IMG/VR virus record: IMGVR_UViG_3300020810_001156
Coordinates: 1-64,000 of that record
DNA length: 64,000 bases
Direction: 5' to 3' (one strand)
In this document: one piece after another, positions 34,362 through 44,050 of the stretch
Layout of the letters: the number at the start of each line of letters is the position of its first letter
Position numbering within the stretch: position 1 is the first letter of the stretch
Notes under the pieces: model-generated
Database searches by the model: none
What the model was told of the DNA's origin: nothing
What the model saw: the letters and a program-made list of their open reading frames with translations, nothing else
Program-made: the position numbers and the translations under genes

Positions 34362-34614
34362 TTGTCTTGTCTAAATTTTTATTTTAATTTTTTTATTTAA
34401 CACTTGTCTTGTCTTGCACCGTGTCACTGTGTCCGAAAAATCAAAAAGAATATTTGCTCGGTCCAACAATCGTTTCTGATTGAAGTTTGGAAGCGTTTAG
34501 ACTCATAGCTTCACCTTAGAGTATCGTATGTTCGTATAATACATATAGACCAAAATCACCAAACATAAAAAAAATTTGAACTTTTTTCACTTTTTGAAAA
34601 TTTAGTTGAAAGTG

Positions 34615-34646
34615 TTTGGAATTGTAAAATATTTTTCGTATATTTG
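34615..34646 (+). promoter_or_regulatory. Bacteroidota sigma-A-type promoter
   Basis: TTTG 34615-34618, TATATTTG 34639-34646. Confidence 0.8.
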
Positions 34647-34669
34647 TGGATAAACATCAAATAGAATAT

Positions 34670-35029
34670 ATGGAAGATAAAGTACCTTACGGAGAAACCG
34701 CAGTAGAATTTTGTGAAAGAACCTACCCAGAAACTTGTAAAGAGTTTAAACTAATTTTAGATGAGATGTATGAAACCTTTTGTAAGAAACAAAGAAATTA
34801 TGGACCAGGCAACATTTCAGTTGGTTCATCTTTGGAAACCGAAGAAGATGTTAAAGTAGCATTGACGGGTTTGTGGTTTAGAAAGAATGATAAAATCCAA
34901 AGATTACTTCAGTTAGTTGTAAAAGGTCAACCCGATGAGGTTGGTGAAAATATTCAAGATACTTATGAGGATTTATCAGTTTATGGTATAATCTCTCAAT
35001 TAGTACAAAGAGGTAAATGGGCAAAATAA
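34670..35029 (+). CDS. DUF1599 / nucleotide-modification-associated all-alpha protein
   Basis: F.KKQRNYG..NI, R.NDKIQRL, DTYEDL.VYGII. Confidence 0.75.
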   Translation: MEDKVPYGETAVEFCERTYPETCKEFKLILDEMYETFCKKQRNYGPGNISVGSSLETEEDVKVALTGLWFRKNDKIQRLLQLVVKGQPDEVGENIQDTYEDLSVYGIISQLVQRGKWAK

Positions 35030-35163
35030 AATTTAATACTTACTTGGTATGGGGGCAGATTTACATCCTACCCTATATTAAGTTAACACACAATAGAAAC
35101 CTCAATGGTGATTTAGAACTTATCATTGGTTGGTTAAATAAAGAATTGGTAATCGGAATTTAA
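35017..35163 (+). CDS. small hypothetical protein (48 aa)
   Basis: MGKIKFNTYLVWGQ...; fills the gap between genes. Confidence 0.5.
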   Translation: MGKIKFNTYLVWGQIYILPYIKLTHNRNLNGDLELIIGWLNKELVIGI

Positions 35164-35164
35164 T

Positions 35165-35845
35165 ATGAGAATCTGGCACATATCAGATACACACACTTAT
35201 CACAATTTGTTGGAAGTTCCAACTGATATTGATATGGTGATTTTTAGTGGGGATTGTTCTAATCCAAAAGACCCTTACAATAACGAAGCTGAGGTAAGAG
35301 GTTTTATTGATTGGTATCGTTCACTAAAGATACCTTTAAAGATATTTGTTGCTGGAAATCACGATACTTCTATTGAAAACAAATTCGTAACCAAAGAAGA
35401 TTTTGAAAGACACAAAATTATCTATTTGGAAAATGAAAGTATCACTATTGAAGGATTAAAAATCTTTGGTTCACCTCATACTCCAACATTTGGATATGGT
35501 TGGGCTTTTAATAAAGATAGAACTAAGTTGGAAAGAATTTGGAGAAAAGCTATTGATGAAGATGTGAATATTGTTATCACCCACGGACCTCCAAAGGGTA
35601 TCTTAGATTTATCATTTGATAGAGCTGGAAATTTAGAAAGGTGTGGTGATAAATCCCTTCTCAATAGAGTAATGGAAGTAAATCCAAAATTATGTTTATT
35701 TGGACACATCCACAACCACCAAGATATTATCAATCAGGGAACAATGAAGTTGAGTGGATTAGATACTATCTTCTCAAATGGTTCGGTGATGAAAGATGGT
35801 AGATTTGGTAAATTAACTTCAAACGGAAACATCTTTGAGTTATAA
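35165..35845 (+). CDS. calcineurin-like metallophosphoesterase
   Basis: ISDTH, SGD, AGNHD, THGPP and FGHIH motifs. Confidence 0.95.
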   Translation: MRIWHISDTHTYHNLLEVPTDIDMVIFSGDCSNPKDPYNNEAEVRGFIDWYRSLKIPLKIFVAGNHDTSIENKFVTKEDFERHKIIYLENESITIEGLKIFGSPHTPTFGYGWAFNKDRTKLERIWRKAIDEDVNIVITHGPPKGILDLSFDRAGNLERCGDKSLLNRVMEVNPKLCLFGHIHNHQDIINQGTMKLSGLDTIFSNGSVMKDGRFGKLTSNGNIFEL

Positions 35846-35857
35846 ATACTTATTATT

Positions 35858-36316
35858 ATGAGATGGGTAGAATACTTTCAAAATTTAGCACACCAAATTA
35901 AACTCAAATCCAAAGATGAGAGAACTCAGATTGGAGCAGTAATAGTTGGTAAAGATAAAGAAATTGTATCAACAGGTTACAACTCATTTCCCAGAGGTAT
36001 TGATGATACAATAAAAGAAAGACAAGAAAGGCCAGAGAAATATTTTTGGTTTGAACACGCTGAAAGAAATGCCATATATAACGCAGCTCGAATTGGAGTT
36101 TCTACTAAAGGATGTACAATGTATCTAAGTTGTGGTATCCCTTGCTCTGATTGTGCTAGAGGAATTATCAATGCTGGAATCGTAAGAATCTTTTGTGAAA
36201 GAGGTGGTGGAGCAAAAGGACCTAAGTGGGAAGAATCCGCTGAAAGGAGTTGGAAGATGTTCGAAGAAGCTGGAGTAAATGTTCAGTTTTATGATGAAGG
36301 TAATAACGGAATCTAA
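35858..36316 (+). CDS. dCMP deaminase (cytidine/deoxycytidylate deaminase family)
   Basis: TGYN, HAERNAI and PCSDCARGII. Confidence 0.95.
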   Translation: MRWVEYFQNLAHQIKLKSKDERTQIGAVIVGKDKEIVSTGYNSFPRGIDDTIKERQERPEKYFWFEHAERNAIYNAARIGVSTKGCTMYLSCGIPCSDCARGIINAGIVRIFCERGGGAKGPKWEESAERSWKMFEEAGVNVQFYDEGNNGI

Positions 36317-36332
36317 TCTTTCTTAAATTCGA

Positions 36333-36341
36333 ATATTTATA
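36333..36341 (+). promoter_or_regulatory. putative phage late promoter (ATATTTATA-TAGAAAGGA)
   Basis: Identical extended context at 54020. Confidence 0.55.
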
Positions 36342-36356
36342 TAGAAAGGAATTATA

Positions 36357-37547
36357 ATGGCTGAACCAGCATATAACGCAGGAGGACTTATTGGTTTTAA
36401 TGAAACTACTACTGGTGGTAACACTAATAGTGGTAATAATGGTTATACACCAAGTCCACCCAAATCACCCCCACCAATTCCTACACCACCACCAAAAGAA
36501 AGTAATCCACCTCAACCAAAACCACAAAAAACTACTTTGGATGAGGTATCTTCTGTATCTAAACCATTAACCCCAACAAAAAAACCAGCATCTAAAAACA
36601 TTAGAGAACGTATTAGTGTAGAAAATGTTATTGAAAAACAAACAGTTGGTAATTTTGAAGAAATTGATAAAATAAGATTATTTGGTGAATATCCCCAAAA
36701 CTTTGTGGATATCCCTAAATACGATTTATCAAAGCTAAATGTAATTAGTGATGAGGAGGTTGATTTCAATTTTATTCTTTGTTTGAAAGATGGTGAAGAA
36801 TCACTACCCCGATTATTTGTAACAAAAAACTTTTACGAAAGATTAACAAATAACTACTCTACTGGAAACCCATTTGGTGTAAATGATATTATAGATGAAA
36901 AAAATATTATAGTAATTGATATTAAACCCTTAAAAGAAAAGGTAGAACTTTTAAGGATAGCTGAGTTAAACACAGATATAGATTTAACATCGGTTCAGGA
37001 ATCTGAAAGGAGTTATGTAGAGGTAATTAGAAATTTATTTGTTCATTCCAATTACGAAAAAGATGCAGTAAAGGGATTACAAGCTAATCCCACATATACT
37101 GATATCGAACTATTAAGATATATTTCTTGGGCAGTTGCGAAACCATCTAATAATTTCGATGAACGATTAATACCAGCTGAACAATTAGGTACTTTTAAAG
37201 ATATTCCACAAAACGCTGATATTAGTGATGATGAACCATCTAAAAAGATTGAAGAAGAATTAGATAACAATGGAAATCCAATTGACCCAAATCCAAACTT
37301 ATATCCACCAATTGGTAGAAGGGGTGTAGAAGATGAAGAAGAAGTTTTCTATAATGGAAAAACTTGGACTTGGTTCGAAGAAGAAGAATCTTGGAATTTG
37401 GTAAATCGGGATAATGGTGAACCATTACCTGGTGGAGGTAACAATGGTGGTTCTGGAGGTTCTGGAGGTTCTGGGGGTTCTGGAGGTTCTGGAGGTTCTG
37501 GCGGCTATGGTGATGTTGGTGGTGGTGGACCTAGAGATAGAAGTTAA
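36357..37547 (+). CDS. hypothetical protein with Pro-rich N-terminus and Gly/Ser tail (probably virion-associated)
   Basis: ORF track; low-complexity ends like 60722-62236. Confidence 0.75.
   Translation: MAEPAYNAGGLIGFNETTTGGNTNSGNNGYTPSPPKSPPPIPTPPPKESNPPQPKPQKTTLDEVSSVSKPLTPTKKPASKNIRERISVENVIEKQTVGNFEEIDKIRLFGEYPQNFVDIPKYDLSKLNVISDEEVDFNFILCLKDGEESLPRLFVTKNFYERLTNNYSTGNPFGVNDIIDEKNIIVIDIKPLKEKVELLRIAELNTDIDLTSVQESERSYVEVIRNLFVHSNYEKDAVKGLQANPTYTDIELLRYISWAVAKPSNNFDERLIPAEQLGTFKDIPQNADISDDEPSKKIEEELDNNGNPIDPNPNLYPPIGRRGVEDEEEVFYNGKTWTWFEEEESWNLVNRDNGEPLPGGGNNGGSGGSGGSGGSGGSGGSGGYGDVGGGGPRDRS
37449..37502 (+). repeat. 6x 9-bp coding tandem repeat (GGS)
   Basis: GGTTCTGGN x6. Confidence 0.9.
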
Positions 37548-37596
37548 ATCTAATTTTTATTATATTTATAATAGTAACAACTAAACATTTCGCACT

Positions 37597-37956
37597 TTGA
37601 AAAAAAGACCTTTAGCAAATGTTGAATGGAGAAAATACTTCTCTCTTAATAATACCACATTGAATGAGTATTTAAATTCCTATGGAGATGATTTTCTTAA
37701 CCAATCCCTTTCTTTAGTTATTCAAGCCCACAAACAAAATCTTCCCTCAGTTGTATTGATTGAATTTACAATCGATGGTGTTGTTTCGGTTGTGGAAAAG
37801 AAAGATTACTTATTGGTTTTACAACGATTACTAAATTTGTGTGAACGATTGGAAAAGTATGAGATTTGTGCTGAGATTGTAAAGTATCAGAAATCAATTC
37901 CACCAAAGATTAAAACCCCAACTAAAAAATCGCATAAGATAACTACATTTAATTAA
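37597..37956 (+). CDS. hypothetical protein with UVR-like motif
   Basis: TTG start after TATATTTATA at 37561; LCERLEKYEICAEI. Confidence 0.65.
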   Translation: MKKRPLANVEWRKYFSLNNTTLNEYLNSYGDDFLNQSLSLVIQAHKQNLPSVVLIEFTIDGVVSVVEKKDYLLVLQRLLNLCERLEKYEICAEIVKYQKSIPPKIKTPTKKSHKITTFN

Positions 37957-37961
37957 AACAC

Positions 37962-38624
37962 ATGGCAGAGAACATTACAAAAGTTCCACCAAAAGGTAAA
38001 ATCAAATTTGATATAACCTTGTCTGAAGAACAAAAGTTAGCAAAAACAGCAATCCTTTATCATCCTTACAATTTTATAATGGGAAAAGCAGGTTCCGGTA
38101 AAACCCTTTTAGCAGTACAAATAGCATTAGATATGTTTTTTACGAGGCAGGTAAATAAGATTGTAATAACAAGACCAACGGTATCAAACGAAGATAATGG
38201 ATATCTGCCTGGTTCACTAAATGAAAAGATGGAACCTTGGTTAGTTCCAATTCGTTCTAATATGAGAAAGGTTTATAACAAACCTATGATTTTAGAGAAG
38301 ATGGAAAAGAACGAAGATATTGAATTAGTTTCTCTTTCACATTTCAGAGGAAGAACATTTGAACACTCGATTGTGATTGTAGATGAATTTCAAAACCTAA
38401 CTAAACCACAATTAGGAATGGTATTAGGTAGATTAGGTAAGGGTTCAACAATGATTTTAACAGGAGACCCACAACAAATCGATTTGAAGTTTTCAAATGA
38501 TTCGGCAATACATGAAGTTCCTAAAGTAAAGGATTCACAATATGTTTATTCAACTCATCTGAGAGATAATCACAGACATGAAGCATTGGATGAACTACTA
38601 CGATTGTTGAGTAATTATCAGTAA
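37962..38624 (+). CDS. phoH: PhoH-family ATPase
   Basis: GKAGSGKT, GYLPG, FRGRTF, VDEFQN, GDPQQID. Confidence 0.95.
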   Translation: MAENITKVPPKGKIKFDITLSEEQKLAKTAILYHPYNFIMGKAGSGKTLLAVQIALDMFFTRQVNKIVITRPTVSNEDNGYLPGSLNEKMEPWLVPIRSNMRKVYNKPMILEKMEKNEDIELVSLSHFRGRTFEHSIVIVDEFQNLTKPQLGMVLGRLGKGSTMILTGDPQQIDLKFSNDSAIHEVPKVKDSQYVYSTHLRDNHRHEALDELLRLLSNYQ

Positions 38625-38662
38625 AAATAAATTAAAAATAATTAAAAAAAGTTGAGTTTTCC

Positions 38663-38709
38663 CTTGGATTTCTCAACTTTTTTTTGTATGTTAGTACTGT
38701 AATTGAGAG
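38663..38709 (+). promoter_or_regulatory. Bacteroidota sigma-A-type promoter with TACTGTAATTGAGAG tail and overlapping inverted repeat
   Basis: CTTG, TATGTTAG 38687-38694; AAAAAAAGTTGAG/CTCAACTTTTTTT. Confidence 0.8.
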
Positions 38710-38715
38710 ATAGAT

Positions 38716-39045
38716 ATGAAAAACCAAAAGACATTAAACGCCCTTCGTAAGAAAGCCGGATTGGGTATTTGTGAAAATTCAAGAATGCCAAACCTCAACA
38801 AAGTTGGTGAACTACTAACTGAGTTAGGAATTGAAAACGATGTAACAAATTGGAGTTGTACCAAATGGACATCAGCGGCAGGTTACCGATACAACACTTC
38901 GGGGGGTACTCGTGATTACAATGGTTACCGATTGAAAGTTCCTCAAATCAATTTGAATATCAATTCAACTGACACATACTACTCTTGGAACACAAAGATG
39001 TTCGCTAAAGAGTTGGTAGAATTGATTGAAAAAGTTCAAAAATAA
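38716..39045 (+). CDS. hypothetical early protein
   Basis: ORF track. Confidence 0.75.
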   Translation: MKNQKTLNALRKKAGLGICENSRMPNLNKVGELLTELGIENDVTNWSCTKWTSAAGYRYNTSGGTRDYNGYRLKVPQINLNINSTDTYYSWNTKMFAKELVELIEKVQK

Positions 39046-39056
39046 TTAAGAAAAGA

Positions 39057-39103
39057 CTTGCATAATTCAAAATTATTTTGTATGTTAGTACTGTAATTGA
39101 GAG
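39057..39103 (+). promoter_or_regulatory. Bacteroidota sigma-A-type promoter with TACTGTAATTGAGAG tail
   Basis: CTTG 39057-39060, TATGTTAG 39081-39088. Confidence 0.8.
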
Positions 39104-39134
39104 TAAGAGTTAAAACGATTAAACCCTAAAAGAT

Positions 39135-39446
39135 ATGAAAACTAAATTTGATTTGTGGCTCGAAAAAGTTAACGAAGAGAGAAAAACCTATTGGGAAAGT
39201 AAATTTAATTACAAACCCTACGAACCCCTAAGAGTTGATAAAGGTAGAAAATACATCCGTTTGTGGGATGGTAGTTCTGCTTGGGGATTTGTTTCTATGG
39301 TTGATGGAGTTAACAAAGGAGTTCCAGTTAAGAAAGGTGATTTGTTGAAACCACAAGGTTGGCAAGGACCTGCTAAACATTCTCGTGGTAACATCTTTGA
39401 TGGTACTGATAAGTGGGAATACTACGGACCAAATTACTTAGTTTAA
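39135..39446 (+). CDS. conserved phage early protein
   Basis: GRKYIRL...GDLLKP.GW..PAKH.RGNIF motif widespread in large phages. Confidence 0.8.
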   Translation: MKTKFDLWLEKVNEERKTYWESKFNYKPYEPLRVDKGRKYIRLWDGSSAWGFVSMVDGVNKGVPVKKGDLLKPQGWQGPAKHSRGNIFDGTDKWEYYGPNYLV

Positions 39447-39469
39447 TTAAACCTTAAAACATAAACGAT

Positions 39470-39697
39470 ATGAATATTAAAGAATTTTATTTGAACACTT
39501 ACCCAACCGATGAATTGGGAGTTGAAATCAACGAGAAAGCCACCTTTGTTGGTTTGGTTACCGAACTATTTGGTGGGAGCGATATCTACGAATATATTGG
39601 TGTTGGTGATAGTATCATCAGAGAACGATGTTTTGAAGAACTAGCAAAACAACTAAACAAACCATATGATTTTGTTTACAATTTATGGTTAAATTAA
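39470..39697 (+). CDS. hypothetical protein
   Basis: ORF track. Confidence 0.75.
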   Translation: MNIKEFYLNTYPTDELGVEINEKATFVGLVTELFGGSDIYEYIGVGDSIIRERCFEELAKQLNKPYDFVYNLWLN

Positions 39698-39708
39698 TTC
39701 AAAAAAAG

Positions 39709-39750
39709 CTTGCATGTTTCAAATAAATTTTGTATATTAGTACTCTAATG
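39709..39750 (+). promoter_or_regulatory. Bacteroidota sigma-A-type promoter
   Basis: CTTG 39709-39712, TATATTAG 39733-39740, TACTCTAAT tail. Confidence 0.75.
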
Positions 39751-39756
39751 AGTGAT

Positions 39757-40242
39757 ATGATAAAAAAGAAAATAGTTTACATTGATATGGATGGAGTCAT
39801 CGTTGACTTCGGAAAAGCAATCAAAGATTGGTTTGAAAAACATCCACATTTAGAAGAAAGATACAAAACTCATCCTGACCACATTCAAGGTTTATTCAGA
39901 ATCGCACCTCCCATTAAAGGTGCTATTGAAGCTATTAAAAAATTACACAATAGTGGTAAGTATGAATTATTCATCGCCACCTCTGCTCCTTGGGGTAATC
40001 CTCAATCTCTTACTGATAAAAGATTTTGGTTAGAAGATTACTTCGATAATATCTTTCACAAAAGATTATTCACTACTCACAGAAAAGATTTGTTAATGGG
40101 TGATTACCTTATTGATGATAGATTAAAGAATGGAGCTGGTGAGTTCAAAGGTAAATTATTAAGATTTGGATATGATTGGGAAAACAACAATTCTCCTAAT
40201 GAATATCCTGATTGGGATTCTATTTTAGATTATTTATTATGA
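39757..40242 (+). CDS. 5'(3')-deoxyribonucleotidase (NT5C, HAD family)
   Basis: YIDMDGVIVDF, ATSAPW, K..WLE.YF, GDYLIDD. Confidence 0.9.
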   Translation: MIKKKIVYIDMDGVIVDFGKAIKDWFEKHPHLEERYKTHPDHIQGLFRIAPPIKGAIEAIKKLHNSGKYELFIATSAPWGNPQSLTDKRFWLEDYFDNIFHKRLFTTHRKDLLMGDYLIDDRLKNGAGEFKGKLLRFGYDWENNNSPNEYPDWDSILDYLL

Positions 40243-40790
40243 AACAATTCGATAGTATAAATTTTTTATTAAAGTTTGCATTAGTTCTTTATTCATTAAT
40301 GTTATTGGGAACATTAACATCTTGTACGGATGACCCATTATCAGATTTACCCGATAATTACACAATGGAATTAGATGGTAGATTAGATACAACCAATGAA
40401 GGATTATATAAATTAGAACTAAACTCTACACAAAATTCTATTCAAACAATTCATAGAATTACAGGTAAACTTTTAAATCACAACGAAGAACCATTATATC
40501 CACAATTAGTTGAATGGGAATCATCTCATCAATGGACTTTAAATGATACTGCTTATGTATTCATTCGAAGAACTATAAATGTATTAGGTGATTGGGTAGA
40601 TGTAGATACAACTTATGTAACTGGATTTGCTGGAACCATTGTACCGACTATAAATGAGTTTTCATATAGTGGAACTGGTGGAGAAATAAATACAGTAATT
40701 GCACCAATAGATGAAATGGTTGGCGATACACTTATTGTAAAAGCAACATTTCAAGACTTAGAAGAAACAATTAGAATCGTATTAGAATGA
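40239..40790 (+). CDS. lipoprotein
   Basis: Hydrophobic stretch and lipobox LTSC then TDD. Confidence 0.7.
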   Translation: MKQFDSINFLLKFALVLYSLMLLGTLTSCTDDPLSDLPDNYTMELDGRLDTTNEGLYKLELNSTQNSIQTIHRITGKLLNHNEEPLYPQLVEWESSHQWTLNDTAYVFIRRTINVLGDWVDVDTTYVTGFAGTIVPTINEFSYSGTGGEINTVIAPIDEMVGDTLIVKATFQDLEETIRIVLE

Positions 40791-41161
40791 GAAAGGTAAG
40801 ATTACAAGCAACACCACTAACCGATGAAACTTTTAAGAGGCAAGGTTGGTCAAAACATCTTTCAAATGATTATAATGGTACTGGAGATTTTATTGAGAAT
40901 AGGGAGGATTTAGATGATAATGAAGAACTGGACAAACCTTATTTTTGGACACTCCCTCTACCTAAAGAAAGAAATGATAAGTATGCACCCCGATTTGTAA
41001 CCAACTCATCCGATGATGATGCAGAGTTGGTAAATATGGGATTAAAGCCAGGTCAATATTTTATTGAAATTTTAGATTTCGATGGACTTGGATTTTGTAC
41101 AACTGAGGAAGAATTAGAAATATTATATAGGTCACTAACTGGAAAATATATAGAACAATGA
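40787..41161 (+). CDS. hypothetical protein
   Basis: ORF track. Confidence 0.75.
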   Translation: MRKVRLQATPLTDETFKRQGWSKHLSNDYNGTGDFIENREDLDDNEELDKPYFWTLPLPKERNDKYAPRFVTNSSDDDAELVNMGLKPGQYFIEILDFDGLGFCTTEEELEILYRSLTGKYIEQ

Positions 41162-41844
41162 TTAGAAACTATACAGAAGAACAAATAGAAGCAAACTATA
41201 ATAAGTTTATAGAAGCTATTAAAAAAGTGTTTAGTGGAGAACGATTAGAAAAACTTCTCCATATGTATTCCCCAGAAGAATTGGGAACTGAACTTGCTAT
41301 TGCACCCGCAAGTGGTAAACTTAATTTTCACTCTGCATATCCTGGTGGTTATATCGACCACGTAATGAATGTAGCAAGAAACGCTTACAAACTAAAAAAG
41401 ATGTTTGAAGAGAGTGGTGGGTTTATTAACTTTACTGATGAAGAATTATTCTTCGCAGCTTTCCACCACGATTTAGGAAAGTTGGGTGATGGTAAAGAAC
41501 CATATTATTTACCACAAGAATCGGAATGGCATCAAAAAAATAAAAAAGAATATTTTACTCACAATCCAAAGTTACAATACTTTGATGTAACCGATAGAGC
41601 ATTTTGGTTACTGAATCAATATGGAATCAAATATACTCAGAAAGAACAATTGGGTATTCATATGGCTGATGGATTGTACAACGATGCAACTAAGAAATAC
41701 TTTATTTCTTATAATGAAGATTTCCAAGTAAAAACTGATTTACCATACATTATTCATTGGGCTGACCATATGAGTACTAGATTAGAAAATTCAGAATATA
41801 GAAAATCAACGGGTATGTATGACAATATTTCCGAAAACTTTTAA
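41158..41844 (+). CDS. HD-domain phosphohydrolase
   Basis: APAS...FH.AYPGG..DH, FHHDLGK, IHWAD. Confidence 0.9.
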   Translation: MIRNYTEEQIEANYNKFIEAIKKVFSGERLEKLLHMYSPEELGTELAIAPASGKLNFHSAYPGGYIDHVMNVARNAYKLKKMFEESGGFINFTDEELFFAAFHHDLGKLGDGKEPYYLPQESEWHQKNKKEYFTHNPKLQYFDVTDRAFWLLNQYGIKYTQKEQLGIHMADGLYNDATKKYFISYNEDFQVKTDLPYIIHWADHMSTRLENSEYRKSTGMYDNISENF

Positions 41845-41850
41845 TTAAAC

Positions 41851-41890
41851 TGACAAGTTGTCATACAAAATGAAATGGTATGGATTTGGT
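41851..41890 (+). promoter_or_regulatory. palindromic operator TGACAAGTTGTCA plus GG-N10-G element upstream of hsp20
   Basis: TGACAAnTTGTCATACAAA also at 14798; TGGTATGGATTTGGT at 41876-41890. Confidence 0.45.
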
Positions 41891-41931
41891 AATATATAGA
41901 TTGTATGTTTAACTTAAAAAAAGGAAAAAAT

Positions 41932-42297
41932 ATGATTTTAACATTTGACAGATTCTTTGATGAGGTATTTGATTCTAAATTTCAACCGATGCAAATAAAT
42001 CATCAACAAGGAAACTATTCCATCAATACAACTAAAGATGGAAAACAAAGTATTGTTATAAGTGTTGTAGGACACAACCCAAAAGATGTAAATGTGGATG
42101 TTACTGAAGATTTAATTACAGTAAATGCAGAAACTGAAAATGTGAATGCAGTTGTTGGCAATATAAATCTAAAGTTCAAAGTAGGAAAAGATTACGATGG
42201 AACTACTGCAGAAGCATCAATTGAAAATGGTCTACTTACCATTCTTTTGGATAAAAAAGAAGAGAGAAAAAGTAAAAAGATAAAGATTAAATTTTAA
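41932..42297 (+). CDS. small heat-shock protein (Hsp20/alpha-crystallin family)
   Basis: V.GHNPKDVNV.V, AEASIENGLLTI.L motifs. Confidence 0.85.
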   Translation: MILTFDRFFDEVFDSKFQPMQINHQQGNYSINTTKDGKQSIVISVVGHNPKDVNVDVTEDLITVNAETENVNAVVGNINLKFKVGKDYDGTTAEASIENGLLTILLDKKEERKSKKIKIKF

Positions 42298-42318
42298 TCT
42301 TAGTGGTGTTAGTTTAGT

Positions 42319-42350
42319 AAAGGGGAGGTTGAATAAATCTCCCTTTTTTC
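42319..42350 (+). terminator. intrinsic terminator
   Basis: GGGAGGTT/AATCTCCC hairpin followed by T6. Confidence 0.7.
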
Positions 42351-42389
42351 ATTTTCTTATATTTATATATATTAACAAATAGAGTTATT

Positions 42390-42569
42390 ATGAAACCAGA
42401 ACATAAACAAAAAGCATTATCTCATATTGAGGGAGTAGAAAATCACAACAAAGTGATTAAAGGTATGTTAGATGGAAGTAGACCATCAGACCAAAAAGAA
42501 GCTTTAAGACTAACACATCAAATTGAAAGGTTACTCGAACTTACGAAAAATCTCGTAGACTTAGCATAG
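42390..42569 (+). CDS. small hypothetical protein (59 aa)
   Basis: MKPEHKQKALSHIEG...; follows TATATTTATA at 42358. Confidence 0.65.
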   Translation: MKPEHKQKALSHIEGVENHNKVIKGMLDGSRPSDQKEALRLTHQIERLLELTKNLVDLA

Positions 42570-42579
42570 AAAGAGTAAA

Positions 42580-43983
42580 ATGAAGTTCAGAACTTTATTA
42601 TTGGGATTATCTGCGTTGTTCGTAGCATTTAACGCAGCATTCTTCTCCGTAACTGGTTTATCTAAACTATTTGCAGGAGCAGCATTTTCCGTTATGATAA
42701 TGGCAAGTTCATTGGAATTAGCTAAATTAATTACGGCTGGATATCTTTATAATTATTGGGAAAAAATAAACAAAACATTTAGAATCTATCTAAGTGGAGC
42801 AGTGGTTATATTAATACTAATCACATCATTAGGTATTTACGGATTTCTAACATCAGCATTTCAAGATACATTTAATCAATTTAGTGTTCAAGAAAAACAA
42901 CTAGCATTTCTACAACAAAAAGAAAAGTTTTGGGCAGATGACGTTGCAAGATACGATACTGAATTAGAAAGAATTTCACAAAATATTTCAACACTTTCAA
43001 ATGCTAAAGCAACCGGAATCCAAGTTAGAGATACAACTTCATCAACTGGATTTAGAAACACAATCTCAACAACCGAACTAAGATTATCACAACAAAGAAT
43101 ATCGGTTGAAGAAGATAACAGAAAAGAGGTTCAAGGAAAAAGAGAAGTAGCGGCCGATTCATTACAATCCATTCAATTAAAAATATTAGATGTTGAATCA
43201 TCAGAAGGTGTTTCATCGGAGTTAGGACCTTTACAATACCTTAGTGGATTATTGGATAAACCTATGGACCAAATTATAAACTGGTTCATTCTTATTATTA
43301 TCTTTGTATTCGACCCATTGGCAGTTGCACTTGTAATCGCATTCAACAACGCAATGAAAGTTGATAAAGGTGAAAAGGATAAAAAGAAAGTAGTTGAGAA
43401 AAGAGAACTCTATGGTGAAGAACCTGAAGAGGGCTCTGATATCTACACCGAAGGTGAATTAAAGGATTGGGATACCACATTATCAGATGGGTTAGAAGAT
43501 GAAGAATGGGATGAAGACCATGCCTTAGACCAAGTAATGAATGATATGGTATCCGATATGGATATGGAAGAACTCAATGAAGATTTATTTGGCGAGGAAG
43601 ATGATGTTCCATATGAAGATAGTAAGTTTGAAACTGACAATACTACTACGGAAGATAAAAAAAAAGTTGATGAAGCTGTAATCGTTGATGGTGTTGAGTT
43701 AAAAAAAGATACAAAAAGACGAGGTGTTGATATTGATGGTGATGGTACTATTGATGGATATGATAATACAGGAGATGGATTAATTGATGAACCAAAACCA
43801 TCATCTTCTCAACGAGCACAATATGTAATGAGAGAAAAACCATATTATGCTAGACCTGACTTTAATTGGGGAGATAGAAGTAAGTGGATAAACAATCAAA
43901 ACGCGGTAAACTATTGGTTGACTTACATAAAGAATGATAAAGATACTTCTTATCCAACCGACTTCGATTCTAAAACTTATTAA
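42580..43983 (+). CDS. membrane protein with long coiled coil and acidic C-terminus
   Basis: Three N-terminal TM helices, coiled coil, IIFVFDPLAV helix, DIDGDG/DNTGDG loops. Confidence 0.8.
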   Translation: MKFRTLLLGLSALFVAFNAAFFSVTGLSKLFAGAAFSVMIMASSLELAKLITAGYLYNYWEKINKTFRIYLSGAVVILILITSLGIYGFLTSAFQDTFNQFSVQEKQLAFLQQKEKFWADDVARYDTELERISQNISTLSNAKATGIQVRDTTSSTGFRNTISTTELRLSQQRISVEEDNRKEVQGKREVAADSLQSIQLKILDVESSEGVSSELGPLQYLSGLLDKPMDQIINWFILIIIFVFDPLAVALVIAFNNAMKVDKGEKDKKKVVEKRELYGEEPEEGSDIYTEGELKDWDTTLSDGLEDEEWDEDHALDQVMNDMVSDMDMEELNEDLFGEEDDVPYEDSKFETDNTTTEDKKKVDEAVIVDGVELKKDTKRRGVDIDGDGTIDGYDNTGDGLIDEPKPSSSQRAQYVMREKPYYARPDFNWGDRSKWINNQNAVNYWLTYIKNDKDTSYPTDFDSKTY

Positions 43984-43989
43984 AAATAA

Positions 43990-44021
43990 TTTGGTTTTTT
44001 GAAAATAATTTCGTATATTTG
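43990..44021 (+). promoter_or_regulatory. Bacteroidota sigma-A-type promoter
   Basis: TTTG 43990-43993, TATATTTG 44014-44021. Confidence 0.8.
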
Positions 44022-44050
44022 TTATAAACAAATAAGAAATCATACAAAAG

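Noticed and set aside
34645-34653. Single DnaA box TGTGGATAA at the 34615 promoter (another inside the CDS at about 30629)
   Set aside because: Isolated matches are expected by chance, and this one overlaps the -7 box
1426-39103. TACTGTAATTGAGAG copies as a CRISPR array
   Set aside because: Copies are dispersed, tied to promoters and separated by genes rather than 30-40 bp spacers; no cas genes
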